This document shows, piece by piece, positions 28,101-43,964 of a stretch of 64,000 nt of DNA. The notes beneath the pieces are model-generated. The model saw only the letters and a program-made list of their open reading frames with translations, had not been told where the DNA came from and made no database searches. Source of the stretch: Eledone cirrhosa (Eukaryota); NCBI GenBank assembly GCA_964016885.1, contig OZ024740.1:97278001-97342000 (forward strand), written 5' to 3'. The position numbers were made by a program, and so were the translations under genes. Positions within the stretch are counted from its first letter, which is position 1. The number at the start of each line of letters is the position of its first letter.

Positions 28101-29389
28101 GTTAGCATCAAAGATGTTTTTATTATAAGATAGGTTAGATATTCTTTTTTCCAATATTACTAACTATAGCATTCTTGATATTAGTAGGATGGTTAGATTT
28201 AAAATTAACATAATTTAGGTTCTCATTGTTTTTATGGTCAGGGTAATATAGGCCAGTGTCAAGATTAAGAGATACATCCAAGAAATTAGCTAGTTTGATG
28301 CTGTTATCAAATTAAATTTTTAGGTTATGTTGGTTAAAGAGATTACGTATATTGTTCTTAATAATATTAAGGTTAACTATGTTGCAATTTAAGATAGTAA
28401 AGAGTCCATCGTCACGATAAATTCCACCGCGAAGTTGAGGAATTTTCCGACTCAAAGAGTTCAAAATAAAGATACCAATTAAATCTGTCAATTGGGATGA
28501 ATCGGATGCACCCATTGTGATGTCGAAGTTGTTAGAGGTGTCGGCTCTGGTCCAATATTCATTGTTGAACTCTAGGATGGTTTTACGTGCGGTCAGAATG
28601 ATGTGAAGTTCATCTGTGGTGATGTCAGAATATTTAAGTGCGAAAGATAGAGCATTATTGAGAAGTGAAGGCGAAATAGAAGAATAGTAGCTGGCAATAT
28701 CAAATTGAACAAATTTTAGTTTGTTTTTATTATTCAATTCGTTGAACCAGCCAATTACTTCAGAAGTACCAAACCACAAATTTAAGTTCAAAGAAGAGCA
28801 ATTAGAACGAGCCTGTGGGATAATTCTATCCAAGATGGCTTTACTAACAACCCCAGATCTGATTTAGAGGGTGTGATTAATCTAACAGGTAGTTCAGTGC
28901 GACAATTGATTTGTGATCCTTGAGATTTATCCTCGGAGTTCTTAGAAGGAATGGTTCGGTCTTTTTTTCAATGCCAAGTTTTGATATAATCTCAGAGGCT
29001 TCAAAGTTTATGTATTCTAAATTATCATGGTTGGTTTTACGATATTTTTTACTAAGTTCCTTTAGGATAAGGTTGTTATAATTATCCTTGGAAATACCAT
29101 ATAAATTATTGGATTTTGTCGGAGTGGACTAAAACATTTTTTGAGGAATTTAGGTTTCAAATTGTGTTCTTCAGATTTACAAGGTGCTCTTCCTGTTTTA
29201 TCTGATGAAAACACAAATATTATTGCATGATGATATTTGTTTTTGAAATGCGCATAATAAAATACATGGAACTCTTTTAACCATCTTTTGTTCTTATATA
29301 TTATGTATACTCCAGTCCTACAAACTGTAGAGTGCTTCTTATCCGATATCCGCATTGCTTTATTGTACTACAATAAAACTCACATCCTA

Positions 29390-29390
<1 letters not shown>
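25151..29390 (-). mobile_element. Naiad-like PLE with internal ~1.07-kb tandem duplication; terminal ~200 bp in opposite orientation
   Basis: RT pieces FVQFDIASYYSSI, FDITMG, IYRDDG (27767-27246 and 28833-28312); WYNAPFS; CNC..C..LIYEC; ICNLCLNEK. Confidence 0.88.
29196..29262 (+). ncRNA. Type I hammerhead ribozyme
   Basis: uuuuau-CUGAUGA-aaacACAAAUAU...AUAUUUGUuuuu-GAAA-ugcgc-AUA-auaaaa; 6-bp stem I; palindromic AUGCGCAU. Confidence 0.75.
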
Positions 29391-30127
<737 letters not shown>

Positions 30128-30262
30128 ATCCTCCATACATTTCTTTTTTCTGTCCCTATTAGCCTACCATAATTCTGCTTAAGTCAGTTTTTTAGATATC
30201 GTTATGTAAATGATAGAATATTTCATTCCTTTCTATATATATATTTATAGTGAAATATTAAT

Positions 30263-30345
30263 TGTTTCTACTTTAGGCACAAGGCCAGCAATTACCCAAT
30301 GCATTACTGGTACTTTATTTTATCGACCCCGTAAGGATGAAAGGC
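30263..30345 (-). mobile_element. 5'-truncated SINE in the upstream pseudo-LTR, 9-bp TSD AATATTAAT
   Basis: TSDs 30254-30262 and 30346-30354; empty site in downstream copy near 35002. Confidence 0.88.
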
Positions 30346-31528
30346 AATATTAATGTTTACGGATTTTGATCACTTAAACCATAGTTAATATCGTATTGCC
30401 TTATTAGGTATTTTAAATATTTTCAAATTAATTTATCAAATAGAGTTTTCTAGTCATTTATCTGGGTTGTTTCCTAAGTTTTTACTTAACTGCATGTGAT
30501 ACCTAAGTAAATACTTTTGTTTTTGTTTTTTGATTTTCGGTTGATTTTATTTATTTATTTATTTATTTATTTATTAATACTACTGTGCATAGTATTTTCT
30601 GTCTGGCCCTTATTCACTCATTCACATATGTGTCTGTTTACCAACCTTGTAATTATAAGTAATTATATATTATATTATATTCATTATTTTATATTGAAGT
30701 TGTTATTCAACTCTTTGTAAATGTAATATTGATCTTTGTTACTTACTGATGATTTTATGTACCATTATGATATGTTAAATTTTATATATCATGAAAGATG
30801 TTTATATATTTTTGTACCATCATAATTTTGGATATTGTACAATTTTTTATTTTTTTCTCACCTGCTCTCTAACCCTATATGAATTGATTTGTTAACTTAC
30901 ATGCCATTATATATTATATATTATTATATTATTATTATTATAGTGTTATTGTGACCTCTATATTGTTTGTGTAAATTAACCGGAGATTATCTATTATATT
31001 ATATTATATTATATATTATACAATTATATAGTTTATTATATATTATATGTGTTACTTTTAATCATTTCATTACTTCATGTTATACTGTATATTTGATATA
31101 TACATTATTTTTATTTTTATTCCTATTATGCTTATTTATATTTAAACTCTTAATAAGGTTTGTGCTGTTAATGATGGAAATGTGTATTGATGTATATGTA
31201 TATGTGCGTACGTGTGCGTATATATATATACATATGTATATTGTGCCTTTTAATTTTAATTTTAATTTTTATATTGTTACAAGTATATTGTATTATATTG
31301 TATTACATATAGTATTATAATTCCCGCTCTATATAACCACCTTTGTTTAGCTCTAGTTTTTTGCTTTGGACTATATTTGTAATATGGTTCAAAATGTTAT
31401 CCACCTCCTTAGTGATTTTTATTATATATTTTTACCCATAATCTTCCAATACTTTAGTGTATGTACACTCCATATTCTTCGGAGTTTTCGGCTTGTATTG
31501 GCCGATAGTGCTTCTTGTGGTTTTGATT

Positions 31529-31566
31529 GCCCTGATGAGTCCTTAATAGGACGAAACATTGTTGGC
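31529..31566 (+). ncRNA. Minimal type I hammerhead ribozyme (upstream pseudo-LTR)
   Basis: gcc-CUGAUGA-GUCC-uuaaua-GGAC-GAAAC-auu-GUU-ggc, followed by AATAAA. Confidence 0.88.
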
Positions 31567-31785
31567 TAATAAAGACTTTTGATGTATTGAAGGCTTCTTT
31601 GTTTTATTTTCATAATTCTTCGGCTCTGTTTAATTACATTGAGCTACCTTTTACTGTCATTTCTATAATACGAAGAGGGTGTTTAACTCCAACACGCTCC
31701 AGTATTTTAATCCTTGTCACTGCTCCCGATTGGTTGAGCTTCCTCCTATATACTGGTGTTTTGGCCTTTATATATATCTGACAGT

Positions 31786-34467
31786 ATGCTAACAAAGAGT
31801 TACCTGCATTTATCTCTGAAGAATATTCCCACCCCCTCTAAGAATACTTACGAAAAACTATTGATTGCTAGTGTTAACTTCTTCGTAAAAGGGATTTGAT
31901 GGCGTGCTTTCCACTATGATATTAATAGGAATAGGAAGGACCCCAGGAATAGAACTCATTTTAATAACTATGGCTTCAAAACTTATAAGAGCCCACCGCA
32001 TAATGTTCTACTAGATAATTTTGAAAGTGACTTACTCTCTCTTGTCAAAAATATTAAGTATAGGCCAAATAATAGACATAGAAATTATAATAAATTTGAT
32101 AAGTTCCAGTCTAGACTTAAAAATATTGTTAACAGTTTTAGTGCGAATAAGTCTATTCTTGTCCCGGCGGATAAGACTAAGAATCTATACTCTATGGATT
32201 ACAGTGCTTATCGTGACTTTATTTATAAGGAGCTGCATAGAAATTATAAAAAGACTACGCTAGATAATTTGAACCATATCAATGGTGAGGGTCTTAAAAT
32301 AGTCTCGGACCTCGGCCTTGATAAGTATACCCAGCCATATTACCCTAGAGAACCGAGATTCACTCTTAAGGATAATAAGGTAGACTTCATTAGTAACCCC
32401 TCTGTTAGACTCATCTATCCTTCTAAGTCCGATATAGCCATAATCAGTAAAAAGATCCTTGACCTTATTATACCAGATGTTAGGGATAAAGTTAATTTTA
32501 ACCTATGGGGGAACACTAAGGAAGTTATAGATTGGTTCTCTGGGATTAATAAACTTGAATCTAATAAGTTTATCCAGTTCGATATTGATGCCTACTACAC
32601 ATCGATTTCACCCATCCTCCTCAATAAAGCCTTAATGTTAGCCATGAAAGTGTCCAGCCTTACACGATCACAGGTAGATATTATACTAGCAGCCCGTAGA
32701 ACTATCATTAATTTTGAGGACACATTTTAGACCCGTAAAAACACGCCCAACAATTTCGACGTTACAATGGGTTCGAGTGATTCGGCCCAGGTAACAGATC
32801 TTGTTGGGTTGTTCCTCCTAAATGAACTATATGTTACCTTTCCGCACCTTAAAGGCGGACTATATCGTGATGATGCATTGTTTGTGATTAACTCTAGCAC
32901 CAACAATGTCGAGCATAATAAGAAGAAGCTTTATAAGTTTTTTAAAAGCTATTACCTTTCGATCACGATAGATAGAAACGGTAGAGCGGTCAACTTTTTA
33001 GATGTGACTTTGGACTTGGTCACTAATAGTTTTAAACCCTTCCATAAGCCTAATGAAATACTTTCTTATGTTAGTCCCAATTCTAACCACCCCAAATCTA
33101 TGATAAGCTCTATAATTAAGGTTGTATCTAATAGGATTTCCACACTCTCTAAGGAGGTAGGAACATTTAATGAACATGCGGAATACTATAATAATGCCCT
33201 AGCTAATTCCGGTTACTCTAGTAAAATACATTATAATAATAGTAACTTTAGAAAGTCTCCGCTTACTTATAATAATAATAACATAATATCCCATAACATA
33301 GCCATGAATGGGAGTAGGAAGCATAATAATCGTAGTAATTACATAGGTGTATCTGAACCCATCCATAAGATAACCCACCGGACTCGTAATAGGGAATATA
33401 ATACCTCTAGGAATCAAGTCGAACCCTCTGAGCGCTCACTCATTGGTGATGCTTTTGCTAGATCTAATTCTAATAATGTTGTTTCTACTGATCCTATTAT
33501 TGGCCCTAATCCTTTTGATAGGATCCCAGACAGCAGCAGATCTACTAGAGGTAGAAACAGAAAGAGACTTAATGGAATTTTGGCTGATTTTAATAATGCG
33601 GTTTTAACTAATCCTTGTAGTAACCCTAGTCTTAATAATGGGATATTGGATAATGGTAGAGTCGGAAAGGATAAAAATAGAAGGAGACTAAATACTTATT
33701 TTAACCCGTCATATAATCAGGAAGTATTAACTAATATCGCTAGGTCTTTCTTTTCTATCTTAGAGAAAAATTTCCCCCTTCTCATAAATAGTAGTTTTAA
33801 TAAAAATGTTATTAAACTTTCATTCTCTACCACCCGTAATATTAGTTCTCATTTAGCTAGCACTAATAATAGGAAAAATAGGGATGGATACTTCTCTCTA
33901 CATACTACTAGTCTGAACAGATCTACAAATGCCTTACCACCAGAGCAGACCTTATCTAATAGTAATCCTACGTGTAATGCATCACTACTTCAGCCAATCA
34001 ATACCACCCGGAAGTGTAACTGTAGAGTGAGTGCTAACTGCTCTTTAAACGGTAACTGCCTCTCTAAGAACATCGTTTATGCCTGCGTAGTTATAACTAA
34101 TTCCTCTAATAGAACTTATATAGGCTCTACATCTAACACTTTTAAGACCAGGTTTAATTCTCATATCTCTAATTTCAAACATGTTAACTTTAAGAATTCT
34201 ACTTCTTTAGCACACTATATTTGGGATCTTAAGGGGGCTAATATACCATATAGCCTTAATTGGCGTTTAGTAGCACGCTCTAATAACCTTTCTACACATA
34301 CTAAATTTTGTAATCTCTGTATCCTCGAGACACACTCTATAATTTTCTCTAGTGAATCCTTACTTAATAGAAAGTCCGAGATATTCTCTTCTTGCCCCCA
34401 CGCTATTTCTAATTCTTACTTTTATTATAAACCTAAAGGTTCTAGTAGTGTAAATTGTATCCACTAG
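31786..34467 (+). pseudogene. PLE polyprotein (RT + GIY-YIG endonuclease), Naiad-like, with stops and frameshifts in the N-terminal third
   Basis: MLTKSYLHLSLKNIPTPS..I*WRA; FTLKDNK, FIQFDIDAYYTSI, MGSSDSAQVTDLVG, LYRDDA, NFLDVT; CNCR..C.LNGNCL..NIVY..YIGST; CNLC; TGA ~31898, TAG 32728. Confidence 0.88.
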
Positions 34468-36199
34468 CTGATATATTCTATTACTTATTTTTTTTAGTTT
34501 AGGTTCTTTTTGTTTACCACCATTATTATCATCATTATTATCATTGGTTTTTGACAACTTTTTATTCTAGCTCTCATAATCTTTTGGCTACTATACCATA
34601 TCTATCTTCTTACACATTAAATTTACACTATTAACACCTCATGAGTATATATCTGATTATATATTTTATATTATTTTATTTCATTTTATTTTATTTTATT
34701 TGGATTCTTCTTTGGATACCCCCCCCCCTCCAAACCCCCAACCCCCACCATGCACACATAAACTTATTGCTAACCCCTTCAAATATATTATGATTATATT
34801 TAATCCCCCCTTTTTTATGCTCCTTTCTATTATACAATACAGTATATTGATTATGATTTTATGCTCCTTTGTATCCTCGATACATTTCTTTTTTCTGTCC
34901 CTATTAGCCTACCATAATTCTGCTTAAGTCAGTTTTTTAGATATCGTTATGTAAATGATAGTAGAATATTTCATTCCTTTCTATATATATATTTATAGTG
35001 AAATATTAATGTTTACGGATTTTGATCACTTAAACCATAGCTAATATTGTATTGCCTTATTAGGTATTTTAAATATTTTCAATATTAATTTATCAAATAG
35101 GGTTTTCGAGTCATTTATCTGGGTTGTTTCCTAAGTTTTTACTTAACTGCATGTGAGACCTAAGTAAATACTTTTGTTTTTGTTTTTTTATTTCCGGTCG
35201 ATTTTATTTATTTATTTATTTATTTATTTATTAATACTACTGTGCATAGTATTTTCTGTCTGGCCCGTATTCACTCATTCACATATGTGTCTGTTTACCA
35301 ACCTTGTAATTATAAGTAATTATATATTATATTATGTTCATTATTTTATATTGAAGTTGTTATTCAACTCTTTGTAAATGTAATATTGATCTTTGTTACT
35401 TACCGATGATTTTATGTACCATTATGATATGTTAAATTTTATATATCATGAAAGATGTTTATATATTTTTGTACCATCATAATTTTGGGTATTGTACAAT
35501 TTATATTTTTTTTCTCAGCTGCTCTCTAACTGTATATGAATTGATTTGTTAACTTACATGCCTTTATATGTTATATATTATTATATTATTATTATAGTGT
35601 TATTGTGACATCTATATTGTTTGTGTAAATTAACCGGAGATTATCTATTATATTATATTATATTATATTATATATTATATAATTATATAGTTTATTATAT
35701 ATTATATGTGTTACTTTTAATCATTTAATTACTTCATGTTATACTGTATATTTGATATACATATTATTTTTATTTTTATTCCTATTATGCTTATTTATAT
35801 TTATACTCTTAATAAGGTTTAATTTGTGCTGTTAATGATGGAAATGTGTATTGATGTATATGTATATGTGCGTACGTGTGCGTATATATATATATACATA
35901 TGTATATTGTGCCTTTTAATTTTAATTTTAATTTTTATATTGTTACAAGTATATTATATTATATTATATTGTATTACATATAGTATTATAATTCCCGCTC
36001 TATATAACCACCTTTGTTTAGCTCTAGTTTTTTGCTTTGGACTATATTTGTAATATGGTTCAAAATGTTATCCACCTCCTTAGTGATTTTTATTATATAT
36101 TTTTACCCATAATCTTCCAATACTTTAGTGTATGTACACTCCATATTCTTCGGAGTTTTCGGCTTGTATTGGCCGATAGTGCTTCTTGTGGTTTTGATT

Positions 36200-36237
36200 G
36201 CCCTGATGAGTCCTTAATAGGACGAAACATTGTTGGC
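36200..36237 (+). ncRNA. Minimal type I hammerhead ribozyme (downstream pseudo-LTR)
   Basis: Identical to 31529-31566. Confidence 0.88.
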
Positions 36238-36852
36238 TAATAAAGACTTTTGATGTATTGAAGGCTTCTTTGTTTTATTTTCATAATTCTTCGGCTCTGT
36301 TTAATTACATTGAGCTATACCTTTTACTGTCATTTCTATAATACGAAGAAGGTGTTTAACTCCAACACGCTCCAGTATTTTAATCCTTACATATATATAT
36401 ATAAATATATGTATACATATATATATATAAATATATATATACATATATATATATATATAAATATATATATACGTATATATATATACATATATATATATAT
36501 ATAAATATATATATAAATATATATATATACATATATATATAAATATATATATACATAATATATATAAATATATATATATATACATAATTTAATACAATAA
36601 CAGGGATAGTTTAAAGCTAAACTCTGACTGCTAACCATCTCACTCAACAAACATTAGGTTATATTAAAATATAAACCCAATTTAAGTGTTTGGGGTGCTA
36701 ACAATATGTATAATGTGGAAAAACCAGTTGTATTATTTTATGAGATATAATTAAAGTTAAAGTATATCTCTCTTTCCAAACAATTGTATCATTATAAGGT
36801 TTCTACAAGTTTGGGAGAATGTATATATATATATATATAAATATATATATAC

Positions 36853-36955
<103 letters not shown>

Positions 36956-37037
36956 AATATATTCATATATAAATATAAATATATATATACATATATATAT
37001 ATATATACATATATATATACATATATATATATATAAG

Positions 37038-38165
<1,128 letters not shown>

Positions 38166-38181
38166 TATATATATATATATA

Positions 38182-38541
38182 TATAAAGAAAAAGGGATGA
38201 AATCGAAAATGCAACTGAAGTCTTATTTTTTTTTTAAATATATATATTTATTTGGTTCCTTTACCGGTTTCGCAGTTCTTCTGCTTTTCAAAAGGTGAGT
38301 TGAGATGGAGGGTCTGTGGTTTTTCTCACATGTGAGAAAAACCACAGACCCTCCATCTCAACTCACCTTTTGAAAAGCAGAAGAACTGCGAAACCGGTAA
38401 AGGAACCAAATAAATATATATATTTTTTTTAAAAATTAGACTTCAGTTGCATTTTCGATTTCATCCCTTTTTCTTTATACTTCCACTCGTGTAGGACACC
38501 TCGGTTATTTTTCAGTTTGTAAAAAAAACCTCACTTTCTAA
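38182..38541. mobile_element. Solo Neptune-family terminal folded back into a ~300-bp palindrome (axis 38330/38331)
   Basis: 38182-38330 is the reverse complement of 38331-38479; right arm matches 50080-50281. Confidence 0.88.
38366..38403 (+). ncRNA. Hammerhead ribozyme, U3-A8 core variant (mirror copy on minus at 38258-38295)
   Basis: ccuu-UUGAAAA-GCAG-aagaa-CUGC-GAAAC-cg-GUA-aagg. Confidence 0.7.
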
Positions 38542-38561
38542 TATATATATATATATATATT

Positions 38562-40408
38562 TATTAAAATAACAGATTAAAGTTTAAGCAAAGAATAGCT
38601 GCTTTCACCCTTAACGGGATCTTCTGAAACTACCAAAGTCAATCTGTAAACGCAGAAGTGGATATTTCAAAAAACGTTGCAACCAGAGGAAGACGGGAAG
38701 ATGATACTTTGGTTTGTGGAAACGTTCCCTGGCAAAGGACTGAAAAAAACGAATATAATACGTCATTAATAGGAGCGGTGAAAACAATTACACGCAAAGA
38801 CAGAACCACGTTTATGGTATGAAAGAAGTCGTAGACTAATGTTCTCTTAGGTGGTTCATAGAGACGTTCTCTGGCAATGAACGGAAAAAACGAAGATAAT
38901 ACGTCATATGTGGAGCGTGGAGAACCATTGCACGCAAAGACAAAACCACGTAAATGGTATAGCTGAAGTCGTAGACTAAAATTCTAACTAGGAAGGCGAA
39001 AGAATCTCCGCTTCAGAGTTAATAATAAAGTAAATAAAATACAATACAGAGGTAATAGATATTAAATAAATACATACACGCATGCAAATACGTACATACT
39101 CAAGCATACGCGAAAACACTTGCCATAGGTATACAGAACCACGCACATATAACTATGTGTGTGTGTGTGTGTGTGTGCGTGTGTGTGTGTAAATAAATAA
39201 ATAAATAAATAAACGTTATAAATAAATAAATACGTATATAACAAGCGCAAAAACATAACTACATGTAAATAGACAAATGTTCGGATACGAACGTCAACCA
39301 AAACATGAAGTACACATATACACACACCCTACATACGTACGAACCTGCATACTCACACAGGCGCAAAACTCCCGTATACACATAACCAAACCATATGTAC
39401 CAGAATATATAAAATTATACGCCATAACATATACAATCAAATATACGTACGAGAAAGTATAATTACCTTCACAAAACATACAGGTAATATGTACTTACCC
39501 ATGCAAATAAGTAATGGTATAAACATAACATATACTTAGCTACCACATCAATACGTAAAATATCCACGTATAGAACGTACTACCCGTTAGGGTATAATGT
39601 GTGGCTGTAATACAAGAAAGTTTTGTGCAATTTATGTTTACAAGCCGAAATTGCCTCAGATTTTTTATTTAAGATGTGATCTGTGGCGTAGAGTATTTCC
39701 AGGGCTTCAGCGGCGCAGATGTCACATGGTCTTTTATTTCCGTTATACGATCTAGCCCTAGCTAGGATCTCCCAGTGTAACTTATATTGAGTGTGGTTGT
39801 CTTTTCGAGTCCAGATATAAGCTGAAAGTGACGTCATATTCCTTCTTAGAGGGTAACGAAAAGAATGGGTATGCATGTAAAGACGCTGCTTGAAACTATT
39901 GGCGGTTAACCCTATGTAGGCCCTACAGGACGTGGGTGTTTCAACCTTACATTTGTAGACAATGTTACTAGAGAGGCATTTCCCGGATAGGGGGCAATCG
40001 ACCCGATTCCTACAATTACAGTTACTACTAACTACAGGGTTGCACGTGTTCCTACGGCTATGACGTATTATCTTCGTTTTTTTCGTTCATTGCCAGAGAA
40101 CGTCTCTATGCACCACCTAAGAGAACATTAGTCTACGACCTCTTTTATACCATAAACGTGGTTCTGTCTTTGCGCGTAATTGTTTTTCACCGCTCCTATT
40201 AATGACGTATAATATTCGTTTTTTTCCCGTTCTTGGCCAGCGAACGTTTCCACGAACCAAAGTATCGTCTTCCTGTCTTCCTCCGATTGCAACGTTTTTT
40301 GAAATATCCACTTCTGCGTTTACAGATTGACTTTGTTAGTTTCAGAAGATCCCGTTAAGGGTGAAAGCAGCGATTCTTTGCTTAAACTTTAATCTGTTAT
40401 TTTAATAA
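38562..40408 (-). mobile_element. 5'-truncated Naiad-like PLE (GIY-YIG + 3' UTR) with inverted copy of its terminal at 40063-40408
   Basis: Minus frame from ~40050: CNCRNRVDCPLSGKCLSSNIVYKC..YIGLTANSFKQR..PCDIC..CKHK; 40063-40408 is the reverse complement of ~38562-38905; ~142-bp tandem repeat at 38722-38986. Confidence 0.85.
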
Positions 40409-40409
40409 T

Positions 40410-40429
40410 TATATTATATATATATATAT

Positions 40430-40461
<32 letters not shown>

Positions 40462-40471
40462 ATATATTATG

Positions 40472-40503
<32 letters not shown>

Positions 40504-40513
40504 ATATATTATA

Positions 40514-40595
<82 letters not shown>

Positions 40596-40599
40596 TATA

Positions 40600-40642
<43 letters not shown>

Positions 40643-40752
40643 ATATTATATATATTATATATATATATATTATATATATATATATATTATATATATATAT
40701 TATATATATTATATATATATATATTATAGAAATAATATATATATATATATTA

Positions 40753-40797
<45 letters not shown>

Positions 40798-40851
40798 CTC
40801 TATATATTATATATATTATATATATATTATATATATTATATATACATATAT

Positions 40852-40883
<32 letters not shown>

Positions 40884-40941
40884 ATATATTATATATATAT
40901 ATATATTATATATATTATATATATATATATAATATATATAT

Positions 40942-41017
<76 letters not shown>

Positions 41018-41122
41018 ATATTATATATATATATATATATTATATATATTATATATATATATATATATATTATATATATTATATATATTATATAGATATA
41101 TATATATATATATTATATATAT

Positions 41123-41154
<32 letters not shown>

Positions 41155-41203
41155 ATATATTATATATATTATATATATAATATATATATATATATATAAT
41201 TTT

Positions 41204-41246
<43 letters not shown>

Positions 41247-41260
41247 ATATATATAATTTT

Positions 41261-41300
<40 letters not shown>

Positions 41301-41327
41301 TATGTATATAATATATATATATATATA

Positions 41328-41405
<78 letters not shown>

Positions 41406-41417
41406 TATATATTATTA
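40410..41417. repeat. (TA)n-rich microsatellite
   Basis: Directly visible. Confidence 0.97.
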
Positions 41418-42099
41418 TCTATAAAAGTTAGATTTTTGTGTCTGTATGTATGTTTCAATTATATACATTTACACAATTCCAAAAATATTGAATGAATAAT
41501 TAAGCAGAATGTTTACAAATATTCTAACTTGGGTCATGGGCGATCTTATTGGGTAAAATAATGCCACAATTACGGAAAAATCGATTTATTTCAACAATCG
41601 ATGATTTCTACTCTCTCATATGATATACGTTTCCTATATCTACTCCCATTCATCACCTCCCCTTAAAATTGCTACCTTCTCTCATAAGTGTTTGTGAAAA
41701 AGAGAAACATTGAAAAGCAACATATACACACATATATGTGGGTGCATACACACACACATATGTTGGTATGGCTACGATTGACGTCATAGAAACAGGAACG
41801 CGGGAATTTCAATCAATCAACGCATACACAGTTTGTTTTAGAAATAACAATAGCATATAATGATAAAGAGATCGGCCTTACACTTTCAAACTAAATGTTT
41901 CTGTATAAGTAACTTTAACCCTTTATTTTCGACATAAAAATACATACTAATACCTGTACATTTTTTTTTTGGGGGGGGGGGGGGGGGGGCTTTCTTATCA
42001 ATCTTTTTACATTCAATTATCAACCTTGTACTTTCAAAGTCAATTTTTATGTGGAAGTAACTTTCAACCTTTAATACATACATACATACATACATACAT

Positions 42100-42704
42100 G
42101 GTGGTGGCTGCCAACTCGTTTTCGAGTACGGCCACTACTTTATATCCATGTAGGAGAACTCCTACCGATGCGCTGAACGAGTGTGACTTTTTAGTCCAGC
42201 CAGCGACTTGAAAACTCTGGTACAAACAGTACACTTGTGACAATTACTGACACATAGTGCTGGGCCCATGGTAACATGTGACGACAAGTGCAGAGAGATC
42301 TCCAGATATAAAGCAATGCCTGTGCCATGAAGCTTTTATAGTGAGCAAAGGCACTGCACAAAGCCAGTCCCACTCTCTTAACCAAGATGATATTTACCAA
42401 AAAGAAGAACAAGTCAACATCATTGGATACCATCAGAGTTGCAGGTGTTATATCAGAGTTTTCCTTCCCCTAGAATTCTGCCTTGACAAAGGCTAAGGGG
42501 TCATCTCTCCCGGTGATTTTGGATAGCCATTGACTCTTAAGAGCTGCTTTGACAGGTTTTGTTTTTAGTCCTGCAGGATGTCCAAAGTCACCCTCCTCAC
42601 CAAGAAACCTTGGTGGGGTTGCCAGTTTAGTCGCCAACGACCCGACCATGAGACAGGTTGTACTGGGATACATGTTACCAGTAGCACCAACTGGTGACCT
42701 GACC
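42100..42704 (-). mobile_element. Short non-autonomous retroelement nested in the Helitron, possibly a bipartite RTE derivative
   Basis: (CATA)n on both sides; CTAGGGGAAGGAAAACTCTGA resembles RTE 5' UTR motifs; ends in (ATGT)n. Confidence 0.45.
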
Positions 42705-42725
42705 ATACATACATACATACATACA

Positions 42726-42757
<32 letters not shown>

Positions 42758-43204
42758 CACACATATATACAAATACCTGTCACTTAATTTACACACACAT
42801 CGGCCTTACACTTTCATACACACATACATACATATACACACATACATACAAATACCTGTCACTTAATTTACACACACATCGGCCTTACACTTTCAAACTA
42901 TATTTTTCTGTAGAAGTAATTTAACCCTTTCTTTTCGACATAAAAATACACACATACATACAAATACCTGTACATATTTTTGGGGGGCGGGGGGCCTTTC
43001 TTATCAATCTTTTTACATTCAATTATCAGCCTTATACTTTTAAAGTCAATGTTTATGTTGAAGTAACTTTCACCCTTTATTTTTCGATACTCATTTACTT
43101 ACTAACATTTGTATCACAACAATAACAATATTCATAAACAGACAGTAGACTTTCAAAGTCAATTTTTCTGTAGAAGTAACTTTCACCCTTTCTTTTGGAC
43201 ATAA

Positions 43205-43920
43205 AATGCCACCTAAAAAGAGAGGTCGCCTCAGTCGACATACCGCGTCAGCTGTGGCGCAAAAGGCTACTATAGCAAACGAGGTCCTCTGAGGAAAATG
43301 CTTCAAGACTTTCACAGACAGCCTTACGTTCAGCAGAATGTCGAGCCGCTGAAAGTTTCAAACCGCGCACCGCACGCCTAGCCAAAATGGCTTCATACCA
43401 GGCTTCTTCCAGGGCTTCAGAGAGCCGTGAACAAAGGTCGAAGCGCCTGGCTAGAAACGATGCGACTAATGCTGCTTCCAGGACTTTGGAACGTTTAAAA
43501 CAACGGACGGCTCGCCTTCCTACGGACGCTGCGGCTATGACTACTTCCATGGCTTCTGAAGATGCAGACGGGCGGTCCATTAGCATTGCAAATGTTGCTT
43601 CTGCTATTGCTGCCAGACCTTCCCACCAACCACACGACCAATGTTCTACGTTCAAGCGTAACAGTCGACGGCGAGAAGCTGCACGCGGTGTGACGAGCCC
43701 CAACAGCCCTTACTGGCACCTACGGGCTTTCAAGTATGAGCAAAACGTTAATTACTCGATGCGCTCTGACATAAATATAGGCGAGATGCGCTTCAATTGC
43801 CAATTCTGCAATGCTACAAAGTAGGCTGGGGAGCCACCTGCAATGTGCTGCTTAAACGGTAACGTCACCTTGCCTCCTCTTCCGAACCGCCAGAGCCTTT
43901 GAAGGAACTACTGACTGGTT
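43205..43920 (+). pseudogene. Helitron RepHel N-terminus (MPPKKRGR, Arg/Ala-rich repeats, zinc finger)
   Basis: IGEMRFNCQFCNATK*AGEPPAMCCLNGNVTLP..EPLKELL. Confidence 0.75.
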
Positions 43921-43964
43921 ATACCTCAAGGTCAACAAAAAAACCCGGATCCCCCGAATAAAAA

